DNA of 63,790 nt, counting the filler, from Welwitschia mirabilis (taxonomy: Eukaryota), in NCBI GenBank assembly GCA_051453625.1. It is 7 parts of one record of this genome, joined end to end, with 100 filler letters (N's around TTAATTAATTAA, not from the genome) between each part and the next. Parts side by side here need not be neighbours in the genome. Positions count along the whole stretch, not along the records: positions 47,209 to 54,214 come from JBOZIK010000001.1; positions 54,315 to 57,320 come from JBOZIK010000001.1; positions 57,421 to 62,680 come from JBOZIK010000001.1; positions 62,781 to 63,790 come from JBOZIK010000001.1; 3 more parts are not named here. The stretch is one strand, 5' to 3'. Shown here piece after piece: positions 52,506 through 63,790 of the stretch. The notes below the pieces were generated by a model that searched no databases, was not told the DNA's origin, and saw only the letters and a list, made by a program, of their open reading frames with translations. The first letter of the stretch is position 1. The number at the start of each line of letters is the position of its first letter. Made by a program: the position numbers and the translations under genes.

Positions 52506-53709
52506 TGTTATAAGTTTTAACTATAAATCAATGCTAAAGAAATCAAAACAGCAAACGAAAGAAAAACACAACCACAGAATTCACATGGAAACCCTTGTGA
52601 GAAAAAACTATGGGAAGTAGGCAGAAATCTTAACCTTCTTCAAGAAGCAACAATGGGAATCGAAATTATAAACAAACCCCCTAAATAGGTATAGGCACTG
52701 TTGTAATTGTTAGCAATTTATTTAAGTCGGCAAAAGTCGTCTCGGGGAGACATGTCATCATGTCAGCACAAAATGTCGATGCCAAGAGTTAGTAATTGTT
52801 TTCTATTTAAAAAGTGAGGAAATTTACAATTTATAATATTTATAAGCAATGTAAGCTATTAAAAGTAAAAATAAACAATTCAAAAAGCATTTGAAGTACA
52901 TAGACAATTGGAAAGCCAATTATTATGTGAAAACATTATACATTGCATACAATTTGTTGAATGCTATTGCCATTACATTTATGAATTTATCTAAGAATTA
53001 AAATTTGTGGGGGAAAACTTCTGACGATAAAATGTTCAAACCATAATAACACTAATTGTTGATTACATAATATTGTGGGGAAAAAAGCATTTAGCAAGAC
53101 AATATATAAGCATATAATATGACATCAAGTGTCATTACAAAATACAAGTCAATGCACACTTGCAAGTGTCATGCCCTAAAATGCTTGTTATATGATATTT
53201 TAATTAACTTCACCAAATAAACTTATGGCACAAAAACTTCAGATCACTTTTGTTGCCCTTGTTTTGGCATTGCACCATTTGGAAACTTTGTTTTAGGTCA
53301 AACCATCTTCAAAGGAGGAGAAGAAAACCACAGCAAATGAACAAAAGGATCAAAGAAAGGCAAAAGGTTGAAGCATTCTAATAGAATCAAGGAGACACAT
53401 CATTGGAAATGGCATGATTTTGCCTTGCACTTTAACTTTCATTTCATGTTTTTCCTTTTTTTTTCTTTTTTTAATAATTATTCATGTATTTTCCCTTTGC
53501 TGACTGACTTTTTATGTTGCAACATACTACCGCCATAAGCAACTGTGCCGACATTTTCAAAAAGTCACCCTAACAAAGACTTTTTGAGCAAAAAGTTTAA
53601 AGGGCGACATGTCACCCTTTTTTGGTGACATGTCACCCTATTTAAAACCATACATGTATAAATCGGAACGGAATTGTAATTCAGACGATTCCCAATTGCG
53701 ATTCCAACA
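52506..53709 (-). mobile_element. Related copia LTR interrupted by a ~950-bp insertion
   Basis: TGTTAT start, AATTCACATGGAAACCC..AAAAACTA motif as in the 50106 LTR, resumes at ~53653 and ends CCAACA. No TSD match. Confidence 0.5.
52696..53652. mobile_element. Putative non-autonomous hAT-like DNA element
   Basis: Degenerate termini CACTGTTGTAA / TTTAAAACCATA, subterminal GG(C/T)GACATGTCACCC-like repeats at both ends, AT-rich core. Confidence 0.45.
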
Positions 53710-54214
53710 AAACTGCTCCAGATCAGTCCTAAATCACAGTTCCCTATGAATCAAAACAATCCGACGACTATGAATCACGATCTAAAGCAATCCACTCTGC
53801 ATAGCAATCTAGAGCTCTACTGATCCCGTACCTAGTTTAATTGAATTTTTGATCAAAAATGTGAAATCGCTTATTCTGTCACATATTTCTCATTCTAGTG
53901 GCTCATATTCTCCATTGAAATAGCAAATGAATACAATAGAAACAATTTTCTTTGATGATTTGATTATTTCAGATTAGACTCAAAAAGGGTTTCTTTTGAA
54001 CTGTTTCTGAAACAATGAAGGTTTTCTTTAAAAAACATCAAATCTTAAAACTTTAGTTTTAACTCACTCATGTGGTAACACTTAGTGAAGGTTTAATGTT
54101 TTAAGTGATATGATATTCAATTGCCCAAATGCACTCCTTTTAAATAATCAATGACATTGAAATTATATTGTATCAGTAGCTTATTATCATCATAATTGCA
54201 AGAATGTCGAAAAC

Positions 54215-54314
54215 NNNNNNNNNNNNNNNNNNNNNNNNNNNNNNNNNNNNNNNNNNNNTTAATTAATTAANNNNNNNNNNNNNNNNNNNNNNNNNNNNNN
54301 NNNNNNNNNNNNNN
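54215..54314. other. Artificial scaffold spacer
   Basis: N44-TTAATTAATTAA-N44. Confidence 0.97.
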
Positions 54315-55510
54315 AGATTTGAAGTTTCAACATAGCAATTTAAAATGTACTCTTTTTGAAAAATAAGAACCTAATCATTAAGAAGTTAACTAGTTGTGTC
54401 AAAAGTGCACTCAGGTATTATATTTTTCAGAAAAATAAGGGTCAAAGTAATTGATAAAACATAAAGGATATGCAATCATTTAGGAGTAAAATCAATTGAA
54501 TATAAAGAAAGTAAAATGATAAAACTTTAATAGCATAATTTTTAAAATTGAAATAAGATATAAAGAAGTGATAAATTTTATTGCCAAATAATATCTTATA
54601 AAAATAGTATAAAGCATGAGTATCATTATATAATTCATTCAAGGTACTACTCATAGAATAGATCCAAGAAATATTTAAAGGATTTTGATAATGTTTTATA
54701 AGATGAAGAAGATCCTTAAAATTTAAATAAAAGCATGGATTATCATCAATAAGATAAGGCTTTCCCCAATGTAAAATTCCAAGATATTCCAAGTCAAATT
54801 TTCGAAAATAATAACTATTAAAAGTACAAGGTACAGTGGANNNNNNNNNNNNNNNNNNNNNNNNNNNNNNNNNNNNNNNNNNNNNNNNNNNNNNNNNNNN
54901 NNNNNNNNNNNNNNNNNNNNNNNNNNNNNNNNNNNNNNNNCAATGTAAAATTCCAAGATATTCCAAGTCAAATTTTCGAAAATAATAACTATTAAAAGTA
55001 CAAGGTACAGTGGACTTGGTAAAAAAAGAATGAATGTTACTTTGAGGATCACATTAATATTTAAAAGGAAGATATTTAGAGATAGGACAAATAGATTTTT
55101 TGAAGTAATTAATGTTATAAGAGTCAAGAAAAGGAACATAACCTTGAGAATTATATGAAGGTGTAATTGGAAGAGATGGAGAAAGGCTATTATTATCAAG
55201 GTTATGAGGCAATGTGAAGGAAGAAATAGAAGTGAGAGGAGGAGTGGAGGGAAGGATGTAATTTAGAATTAAATATGAAGGCATAGATGGAAAGAATGTA
55301 GAAATATGAGTAGAATGAATAAGTTTATTTTCTATGAAGTTGTAATGAATCTCTATAGGTCCTTCATTATTTTTAATTTTTCAGTAGTATCCATGNNNNN
55401 NNNNNNNNNNATTGTACTTTCATCATCATTGGTTGTGACTATATCTTCCTTCTCTTATTGAAGATTACTTTCATTCTCTAAATGATTGGATTCATTAAAA
55501 ATATTATTAT
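54315..55510 (-). mobile_element. Internal fragment of a second copy of the non-autonomous Athila family
   Basis: Reverse complement aligns to ~41630-42625 (e.g. FTLPHNLDNN.LSPSLPITPSYNS, LNELYNDTH). Confidence 0.85.
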
Positions 55511-57320
55511 TGCACTGCCAACTTACCTATATTTAATAAGGTATTCTAAGTTGTTTTGCAGGTAAATTAGCAGATAAATGTTTAGTTCTCATGATAATGG
55601 AGAACCGTGATAAAAAGGATGAAAACATGCAATTTCCCAAAAAATTACAAGCATTTTGTGCAGATATGGATAAATTATAATTTGAATAATGATTCCTACA
55701 AACAACAAAGCAATTAGATTGGCTAAAGATCAATAAAAGACCATCGTCCACCTCATCGTCCAGACAGCAGTATCGGATGACATCTCCAACTGGTCAACAA
55801 CACTTTACATGTAGTTCATAGGTAGATCAACTAGAGAAAATCAGGAGATTTTTTTATTAGTTAGCATCGTCTTTTATATCTTCTAGATGACTAGTAGGAT
55901 GATGCTATTTTCTCATACTTTCACCAAACATTTACCTAAGTTGTCGTCACTTTATTGCGACTTTTCTTTACATGTTAGCTATGGTTTTTTTAATACTTTT
56001 CTCTTAGTTTTCCTTTCTTTTTTGTCTATAAACAAGTGTCTTCCCTCAATCCCTAATTATCTTTGATAGTACCTAACATACTTGTAACAGGAGATCTTAG
56101 GACCGGAGAACTATTCTGTAATTACAGAGAGACGTTCCCTTAGTGTTGGGTAGTGTTTCCTCCATTGAGAAACGACTACTTTGTAATATGAAAGTTGCAT
56201 GCATTTTAATATGAATTATCTTATTTTATGTTCAATATATGAATGAACTTATTCCTTGTAGTTTATGTTATTTGAGATTTGGTAACAAGCTTATTTTATT
56301 ATATAGATTATGAGGGCAGCCTTTGTCAAGATTAAGCTTAATTAGTTTAGGTTCATAGTTATTTCTTTTTCCAGATTATTTTTGCATAATAATGTTTTAT
56401 TTCAATTCCATACACTACAATTTATTTCAGTAGATTAGGGTNNNNNNNNNNNNNNNNNNNNNNNNNNNNNNNNNNNNNNNNNNNNNNNNNNNNNNNNNNN
56501 NNNNNNNNNNNNNNNNNNNNNNNNNNNNNNNNNNNNNNNNNNNNNNNNNNNNNNNNNNNNNNNNNNNNNNNNNNNNNNNNNNNNNNNNNNNNNNNNNNNN
56601 NNNNNNNNNNNNNNNNNNNNNNNNNNNNNNNNNNNNNNNNNNNNNNNNNNNNNNNNNNNNNNNNNNNNNNNNNNNNNNNNNNNNNNNNNNNNNNNNNNNN
56701 NNNNNNNNNNNNNNNNNNNNNNNNNNNNNNNNNNNNNNNNNNNNNNNNNNNNNNNNNNNNNNNNNNNNNNNNNNNNNNNNNNNNNNNNNNNNNNNNNNNN
56801 NNNNNNNNNNNNNNNNNNNNNNNNNNNNNNNNNNNNNNNNNNNNNNNNNNNNNNNNNNNNNNNNNNNNNNNNNNNNNNNNNNNNNNNNNNNNNNNNNNNN
56901 NNNNNNNNNNNNNNNNNNNNNNNNNNNNNNNNNNNNNNNNNNNNNNNNNNNNNNNNNNNNNNNNNNNNNNNNNNNNNNNNNNNNNNNNNNNNNNNNNNNN
57001 NATTCCATACATTACAATTTATTTCAATAGATTAGGATTACACAGTTTTCTTTTGAAAGAAACTCTTTTATTTCCATACTTTGGCCTTTGACGTAATTAT
57101 GACATTTGGATCACTCCCGTCTATAATAGTGTGTTGTGTTTATGCATATTAATTGTGATTAATAGGATTTAGATTAAGATGTAAACATTGCATAAATACA
57201 CACTGCAACATAAACATTACATAAATACACACTACAATATCTTGGCACCATTACCAGGGACGGCTGCCTAGAGATTGAGAGTTGGTGTTACTTCAGTGGA
57301 TATTCTAGATGTTTACTGCA
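55511..57320 (+). mobile_element. 5' LTR (55511-57236) and tRNA-Asp PBS of a related Athila family, nested in the previous element
   Basis: TGCACTG...CACTACA termini, similarity to 44860-46379, PBS TGGCACCATTACCAGGGA at 57243 (decayed TGGCGCCGTTGCCGGGGA). Confidence 0.8.
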
Positions 57321-57420
57321 NNNNNNNNNNNNNNNNNNNNNNNNNNNNNNNNNNNNNNNNNNNNTTAATTAATTAANNNNNNNNNNNNNNNNNNNNNNNN
57401 NNNNNNNNNNNNNNNNNNNN
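57321..57420. other. Artificial scaffold spacer
   Basis: N44-TTAATTAATTAA-N44. Confidence 0.97.
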
Positions 57421-60400
57421 AAAATAGAAAACAAACCAACTAGAATTATTAAGGATTTTACTTCTACCTTAGAGAAATACACCCAAATAATCCTTGATGC
57501 TAAGGTGGTAATCAAGAAGAGCGCAGTTGTTATTCCAACATGTAATTTGTGTGAAGATAGCTATCATGCCACGAAAGATTACCCTTTACTTCCTACTTAT
57601 AAAAAGAGAATCTATGAGAAAGTGTATACTTTTAATTAAAGACCTCCCAACTACATGCAAAACCATGATCAAAGATAAGTCCTAAGTCACAATTTTCAAA
57701 ATAGGATGAGTTAAAAACCAAATTCGAGAAACTTTCAAACACATCATCCTAACTTCCAGCATTTCAAAATCCTATTTGAACATTCAAACTTTCAACTCAA
57801 CCATCCAAATAACTTGGAAAGCCCCTCCAACTCCCAAAACCATAGTGATCCTCTTAGAAATTCTATTGAGGAGTTGAGAAAAAATCAATAGAAGATAAAT
57901 GCAAACATAGAAAATCTTGTAAGTCTCTTACAACAAACCATGCTTGCCAACTAAAGACCACAAGGGACCCTTACAACATAATCTTTATTAAACCCTAACG
58001 AAGTACAAAAATATTATAAGGTGATGATAAGGAGTGGAAATGATATAACTTCTCCTACTCATAAGGCTTTAACTTCCCAAAATGAAAAAAATGATGAGGA
58101 AGAGGACATAGAAATTCTAGAAAATAATTCCTTTCCTTCTTCACTTAGTAACAAAAAGAAAGATCCTTCATAAAAGAAACCTACTACCCCATGGCTTAAT
58201 AGGATTAACACAAACCCCATCTTTGATAATCATTTGAAAGCCTTAATATAAAATGTAAGCATTAACTTACCTTTTTGAAAACTTTTACAAGAGAACCCAA
58301 AATACTCTAAGCTATAGAAAGACCTAATAAGAAGGAAACAAAAATAAACCATCCCTATTAAAGTTTTCCTAGCTCAATCCATTAGTAACTTGATTTCTAA
58401 GAAGTGTTNNNNNNNNNNAGTATCACTTTAGAGGGGAACCATAAAATTAAGAAAGCCTTAATAGACATTGAATCTAGAGTTAATGTTATTCCCTTATACA
58501 TCTGTCAACATATTAGGTTGGAAGAAAGAGTAGAGCCTATATGATTTATCTTGGAGTTAGCCGATAAATCTGTGAAGAAATCTTTAAGTGTGATCAAGGA
58601 CTTGGTCATTCAGATAGAGGAAGCTTTCTATCCAATAGATGTAATTGTTTTAGAAGTTAAGCATCAAGGTGTATATCCCCTACTTCTAGGTAGAGCATTT
58701 TGTATAATATCCCATTGCATCATAGACACAAAAACTGGATTGATGAAATGCCATTTTGAAAATAAACAATTTTCAATAAGAGTCTTTGATGCAACAGAAA
58801 AAGATTTAGGCAATGATCTAGGATTGAAGGAAGAAATAAAACCAACCCTATTTTTATAGCATCATCCACTTGAGGAGAGATGGTCCATGCTTTATGAGCT
58901 AACCTTTTTTAATAATCAAATAGAAGTATAATACCTTTATGTGCTTAATAAACAACTTGAGTTTGACCATCCCTCAACTAAGTTTTTTGATCTAATGAGG
59001 AGTAAGTATAAGTTTGTAATCTATTTTGAAGTCCAAGATATTGAAAACCCTGAGAATTCTTATTATGAGGTCAGTCATTCACTACTGATGTCTGGACGAT
59101 AGTCTGAGATGACAGTTAACTCTTTTGAAAATTCTCCTGGAACCAAAAGTTTGAACCTTAACCTGAACTTGAAATCCTTAGCCAGTGGACTGAAATATAT
59201 TTTTTTGAATAGATATCTAAATAAACCCTTGATTATCAATAAAAATATCTTTCTTCAATAANNNNNNNNNNNNNNNNNNNNNNNNNNNNNNNNNNNNNNN
59301 NNNNNNNNNNNNNNNNNNNNNNNNNNNNNNNNNNNNNNNNNNNNNNNNNNNNNNNNNNNNNNNNNNNNNNNNNNNNNNNNNNNNNNNNNNNGCAACCCAA
59401 ATGTAGACTAAATCCAACCCTAAAGCAAATTGTAAAAGATGAAATCATAAAACTTATAAATGCTGGAATCATTTACTCCATTGTTGATAGTGAGTGGGTT
59501 AGCCACTTGACGGAAGTAGCTAAAAAGGATGGGAAATGATGTATGTGCATAGAATTTCGTAAGCTAAATGAGGTAATCGAAAAAGACTACTATCCTTTAC
59601 CTTTTCTTAATCAAATTCTTAATAGGATTCAGGGACATTCTTTTTACTATTTTCTTAATGGTTATAGTGGTTACAATCAAATTTGCATTACCCTTAAGGA
59701 CCAAGATAAAACTACTTTCACTTCGCCTTTTAGTATCTTTTCCTTTAGACGCATGCCTTTTGGAATTTGTAATGTGCCCAGTACCTTTCAGCGTGCTATG
59801 ATGGGTATTTTTTTTGATATGCTTGAGGATTTCATTGATATTTTCATAGACCACTTCTTTATCTATGCCAAATCTTTTAAGTAAATCTTAGATCATTAAG
59901 AGAAAGTCTTAGATCAATGCATTGCAAGTGGCCTTCACTTGAGTTGGGAAAAGAGTCATTTTTTTGTAGAGAGTGGCATTGTTTTAGGTCACCATATTTT
60001 TTGAGAAGGGATTAAAATGGATGCTTCTAAAGTTAGTATTATTCAAAATCTTAGTCCTCCTACCAATGTTAAACAGGTCCGATCTTTTCTTGGTTATTGT
60101 GATTTTTACCATCGGTTCATTAATGATTATGCTTCTATTTATAAACCCCTTCACTCATTACTAGAAANNNNNNNNNNNNNNNNNNNNNNNNNNNNNNNNN
60201 NNNNNNNNNNNNNNNNNNNNNNNNNNNNNNNNNNNNNNNNNNNNNNNNNNNNNNNNNNNNNNNNNNNNNNNNNNNNNNNNNNNNNNNNNNNNNNNNNNNN
60301 NNNNNNNNNNNNNNNNNNNNNNNNNNNNNNNNNNNNNNNNNNNNNNNNNNNNNNNNNNNNNNNNNNNNNNNNNNNNNNNNNNNNNNNNNNNNNNNNNNNN

Positions 60401-62680
60401 NNNNNNNNNNNNNNNNNNNNNNNNNNNNNNNNNNNNNNNNNNNNNNNNNNNNNNNNNNNNNNNNNNNNNNNNNNNNNNNNNNNNNNNNNNNNNNNNNNNN
60501 NNNNNNNNNNNNNNNNNNNNNNNNNNNNNNNNNNNNNNNNNNNNNNNNNNNNNNNNNNNNNNNNNNNNNNNNNNNNNNNNNNNNNNNNNNNNNNNNNNNN
60601 NNNNNNNNNNNNNNNNNNNNNNNNNNNNNNNNNNNNNNNNNNNNNNNNNNNNNNNNNNNNNNNNNNNNNNNNNNNNNNNNNNNNNNNNNNNNNNNNNNNN
60701 NNNNNNNNNNNNNNNNNNNNNNNNNNNNNNNNNNNNNNNNNNNNNNNNNNNNNNNNNNNNNNNNNNNNNNNNNNNNNNNNNNNNNNNNNNNNNNNNNNNN
60801 NNNNNNNNNNNNNNNNNNNNNNNNNNNNNNNNNNNNNCTTATTAAACTGATTTTGGTAAGCTTAAATAGAGATTGTATGATGCTCTTATAGTAATGAGAC
60901 CTGATTGGGAACATGACTTTGAGCTCATGTGTAAGTCTACTAATTTTGCTATGAGTGGGGTTCTTTACAAAAAATATACGAAAAACTTCAAAGTTATATC
61001 TTACCATAGCAAGACATTATCTAGAGCTTAGATGAATTACACTACTACCAGCAAAGAAATTCTTGCTATTCATGTTTACCTTAACTCTCTTAGATACTAT
61101 CTTTTAGGTTTTTACATAAATGTTTATAACCATGCTGTCATTCATTACCTCATGATCAAGAAATACTCTACTACTTGTTTGATTATATGAATCCTTATTA
61201 TGTAAGAATTTAATTTGACCATCATAGATAAAATAGGGAAGTACAATTCTATCGCTGATCACTTATCTTGACTTCCTTCTCCTTCAGATGATATTTTCAT
61301 TGATGATACCTTTCCTGATGAGCAGCTTTTCGTTGTTTCTTCTTCTCATACTCCTCCATGGTATGCCACCATTGTTAACTATCTTGTAACCATGAAAACA
61401 CCACAACATTGGACCTATCACCAATGTAAATATTTTTTCTATCATATAGGTAACTATGAGTAGATTGAGCCACATTTATATAGTAGGTGCAAAGACTAGA
61501 TTATGAGAAAATATATGCCCAATTGGGAAATACCTGAGATTCTTCATCTTTATCACGGTGGTGTTTGTGGAGGACATTTTAGTGGACATAAAACTATCAT
61601 GAAAGTCCTTCATTTTGGTTTTTACTGGCCTTCTTTTTTTCGCAAATCATATAACTTTGTTAGAACGTGTGATCCTTGTCAGCATTTTGGTAGTCTTGTT
61701 CATTCACAAGAAATGCCCCTTTGACCTATTTTTAAGTGTGAACCTTTGATTGTTGGGGTATCAACTTCACGAGCCCTTTTCACCCATCTTCTTTTAATAA
61801 AAATTATATTTTAGTGGCTATATATTATGTGACTAAATGGGTTAAAGCCATACCTACTTCTTCAAATGATGTCTGAACTATTTGTCATTTTATTAGATCT
61901 CATATCTTTTAGAGATCTGATTTTCCTAGAGTTATTATTAGCGATCAGGGTACTCATTTCATAAATTCNNNNNNNNNNNNNNNNNNNNNNNNNNNNNNNN
62001 NNNNNNNNNNNNNNNNNNNNNNNNNNNNNNNNNNNNNNNNNNNNNNNNNNNNNNNNNNNNNNNNNNNNATATAACTTTGTTAGAACGTCTGATCCTTATC
62101 AGCATTTTGGTAGTCTTGTTCATTCACAAGAAATGCCCCTTTGACCTATTTTTAAGTGTGAACGTTTGATTATTGGGGTATTAACTTCATGAGCCCTTTT
62201 CACCCATTTTCTTTTAATAAAAATTATATTTTAGTGGCTATATGTTATGTGACTAAATGGGTTAAAGCCATACCTACTTCTTCAAATGACGCCTGAACTA
62301 TTTGTCATTTTATTAGATCTCATATCTTTTAGAGATTTGATTTTCCTAGAGTTATTATTAGNNNNNNNNNNNNNNNNNNNNNNNNNNNNNNNNNNNNNNN
62401 NNNNNNCAATCAGGGTACTCATTTCATAAATTCATTTTTTAAAAAACTCCTTTTGTCCATGGAAATTGAACATAGAATAGCTTATGCTTATCATCCTCAG
62501 ACGAATGGACAAGTTGAAAATGCTAATAAATAAATAAAGAAAATGCTTTAAAAAATTGTCTCTGCTAATAAAAAGACTTGGGCTTCTAAACTTAATAATG
62601 TAATTTGGGCTTACTATACTACTTGGTGTACTTCTCTTTGTTTTCCACCTTACGAACTTGTTTACAGTAAAGTTTGTGTC
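57421..62680 (+). pseudogene. pol: Athila-like gag-pol (gag C-terminus, PR, RT, RH, IN), decayed; same family as 20985-25680
   Basis: PR ALIDIESRVNVIP..LELADKSVK..PLLLGRAF, RT YFLNGYSGYNQI..RRMPFGICNVPSTFQRAM, IN HGGVCGGHFSGHKT..GFYWPS..CDPCQ and AYHPQTNGQVE. Confidence 0.92.
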
Positions 62681-62780
62681 NNNNNNNNNNNNNNNNNNNN
62701 NNNNNNNNNNNNNNNNNNNNNNNNTTAATTAATTAANNNNNNNNNNNNNNNNNNNNNNNNNNNNNNNNNNNNNNNNNNNN
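62681..62780. other. Artificial scaffold spacer
   Basis: N44-TTAATTAATTAA-N44. Confidence 0.97.
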
Positions 62781-63790
62781 TTCCTCCCACTCCACACGGA
62801 CTCTGGTATTCCTCCTTGAAGTGCTGAATGTGGTGAACCATTTATAAGATATGTAGTTGTGTTTGCTACTTCAGCCCAAAGACGTATTGGAACTCCAAAT
62901 TGTTGTAACAATGAACGCAACCTTTCTAAAATAGTTCTATTATATCTTTCAGCCACTTCATTATTCTAAGGTGTATATGGAGGTGTTTTGTGTGGACAAT
63001 TCCATTTCCTGTGCAAAACATCTCAAAGTCACAAGAGGTGTATTCACCCCCATTATCTGTCACCAAGCGTTTAATTTTATAGCTTGATTCATTTTCCACT
63101 CTAGCTTTAAATTGTTTGAAAATATCAAGGACTCTATCTTTCGAGGGAATCAGAAACAACTAAGTTTTTCGACTAAAATCGTCAATAAATGTAACAAAAT
63201 AAGATGCTCCACCAAAAGACGTCACTGTCATAGGCCTAACAACATCAGAATAAATCAAAACTAACTTTCTAGTGCTTTTATTTTCAGTAACGGATTTCTT
63301 AAAGTTTACATATTTTTGCTTTTGCAATAGCATAATCCTTAAAGAAATCTAAAGAAACATAATCAAACTTTGAAAGCAACTTTTTAAAACTAAGAACCTT
63401 CATGCCAGTTTCACTGAGAAGTTCAAGTCTCTTATGCCAAACCGATACATCCTCATCGCCAGCAACAACACCACTGTGCTTTACAACATCAGCATGTGGA
63501 GTGTACAAGGTTCCTTCTTTCTGTCCTCGTGCCAGCACCTTGGCACCTTTCGTTACCTTCCAACCACCTATGCCAAAGAAGACTAAACACAGTAGCATCA
63601 AATTGATTGCTGAGATTAAGTTTTTAGCAAGTTGAGGCACATGTCTAACATCCTAAAGAAACAGTTTTATGTTGTCACTTCCTTTTAGCATTACAGACCC
63701 AATTCCTTTGATCTCATAGCATCGATCATTTCCTAGATACACATACTTCTCTGAAACTTTGTTATAAGAAAAAAACATCGAAACATCTGA
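62781..63790 (-). pseudogene. pol: Copia (Tork/Tnt1-like) pol fragment: PR-IN spacer, GAG-pre-integrase, integrase core
   Basis: PQLAKNLIS..WKVTKGAKVLARG..GTLY, VWHKRL, YFVTFIDDFSRK, IKRLVTDNGGEY, AERYNRTILERLRSLL..WAEVANTTTYLIN.SP. Confidence 0.9.

Noticed and set aside
5546..61007. Long ORFs in the track made of X residues
   Set aside because: They are read-through of N gaps.
15924..62430. Near-identical direct repeats flanking ~100-N gaps (15924/16124, 31650/31865, 45635/45815, 54767/54941, 56405/57002, 61649/62069)
   Set aside because: Typical unmerged contig overlaps or haplotype/paralog joins at gaps, so not counted as real tandem duplications.
25681..62780. Recurrent palindromic TTAATTAATTAA motif (six times)
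   Set aside because: Always centred in exactly 44+44 Ns, so it is an assembly spacer rather than biology. Apparent element continuity across spacers (e.g. 57320/57421) is unproven.

Overview
Very AT-rich, repeat-dominated plant (probably monocot) nuclear DNA. Six artificial 100-bp spacers (N44-TTAATTAATTAA-N44) show that the window is seven concatenated scaffolds, so adjacency across them is not biological. I see no intact protein-coding gene. The window is mostly old, heavily C>T/G>A-decayed LTR retrotransposons: chromoviral Tekay/Del-type Ty3/gypsy (about 1.9-14.3 kb and 25.8-34.5 kb), Athila-type Ty3/gypsy (18.3-25.7, 39.3-46.4, 54.3-62.7 kb), Sireviruses (15.7-18.3, 34.5-39.2, 47.2-48.5 kb) and other copia pieces. 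Points of interest: (1) a ~5.4-kb non-retroviral insert splits the gag of a chromovirus and carries back-to-back U-box/ARM and PPR host-gene fragments, a small non-coding LTR element and a tRNA-derived SINE; (2) the same chromovirus has a triplicated LTR-end/PBS and a tRNA-like A/B-box module in both LTRs; (3) a non-autonomous Athila family present in two copies has gag fused to an unknown hydrophobic-tailed ORF in place of pol; (4) a possible decayed spliced host gene lies at ~48.9-51.2 kb. All calls come from reading and hand translation, with no database searches.
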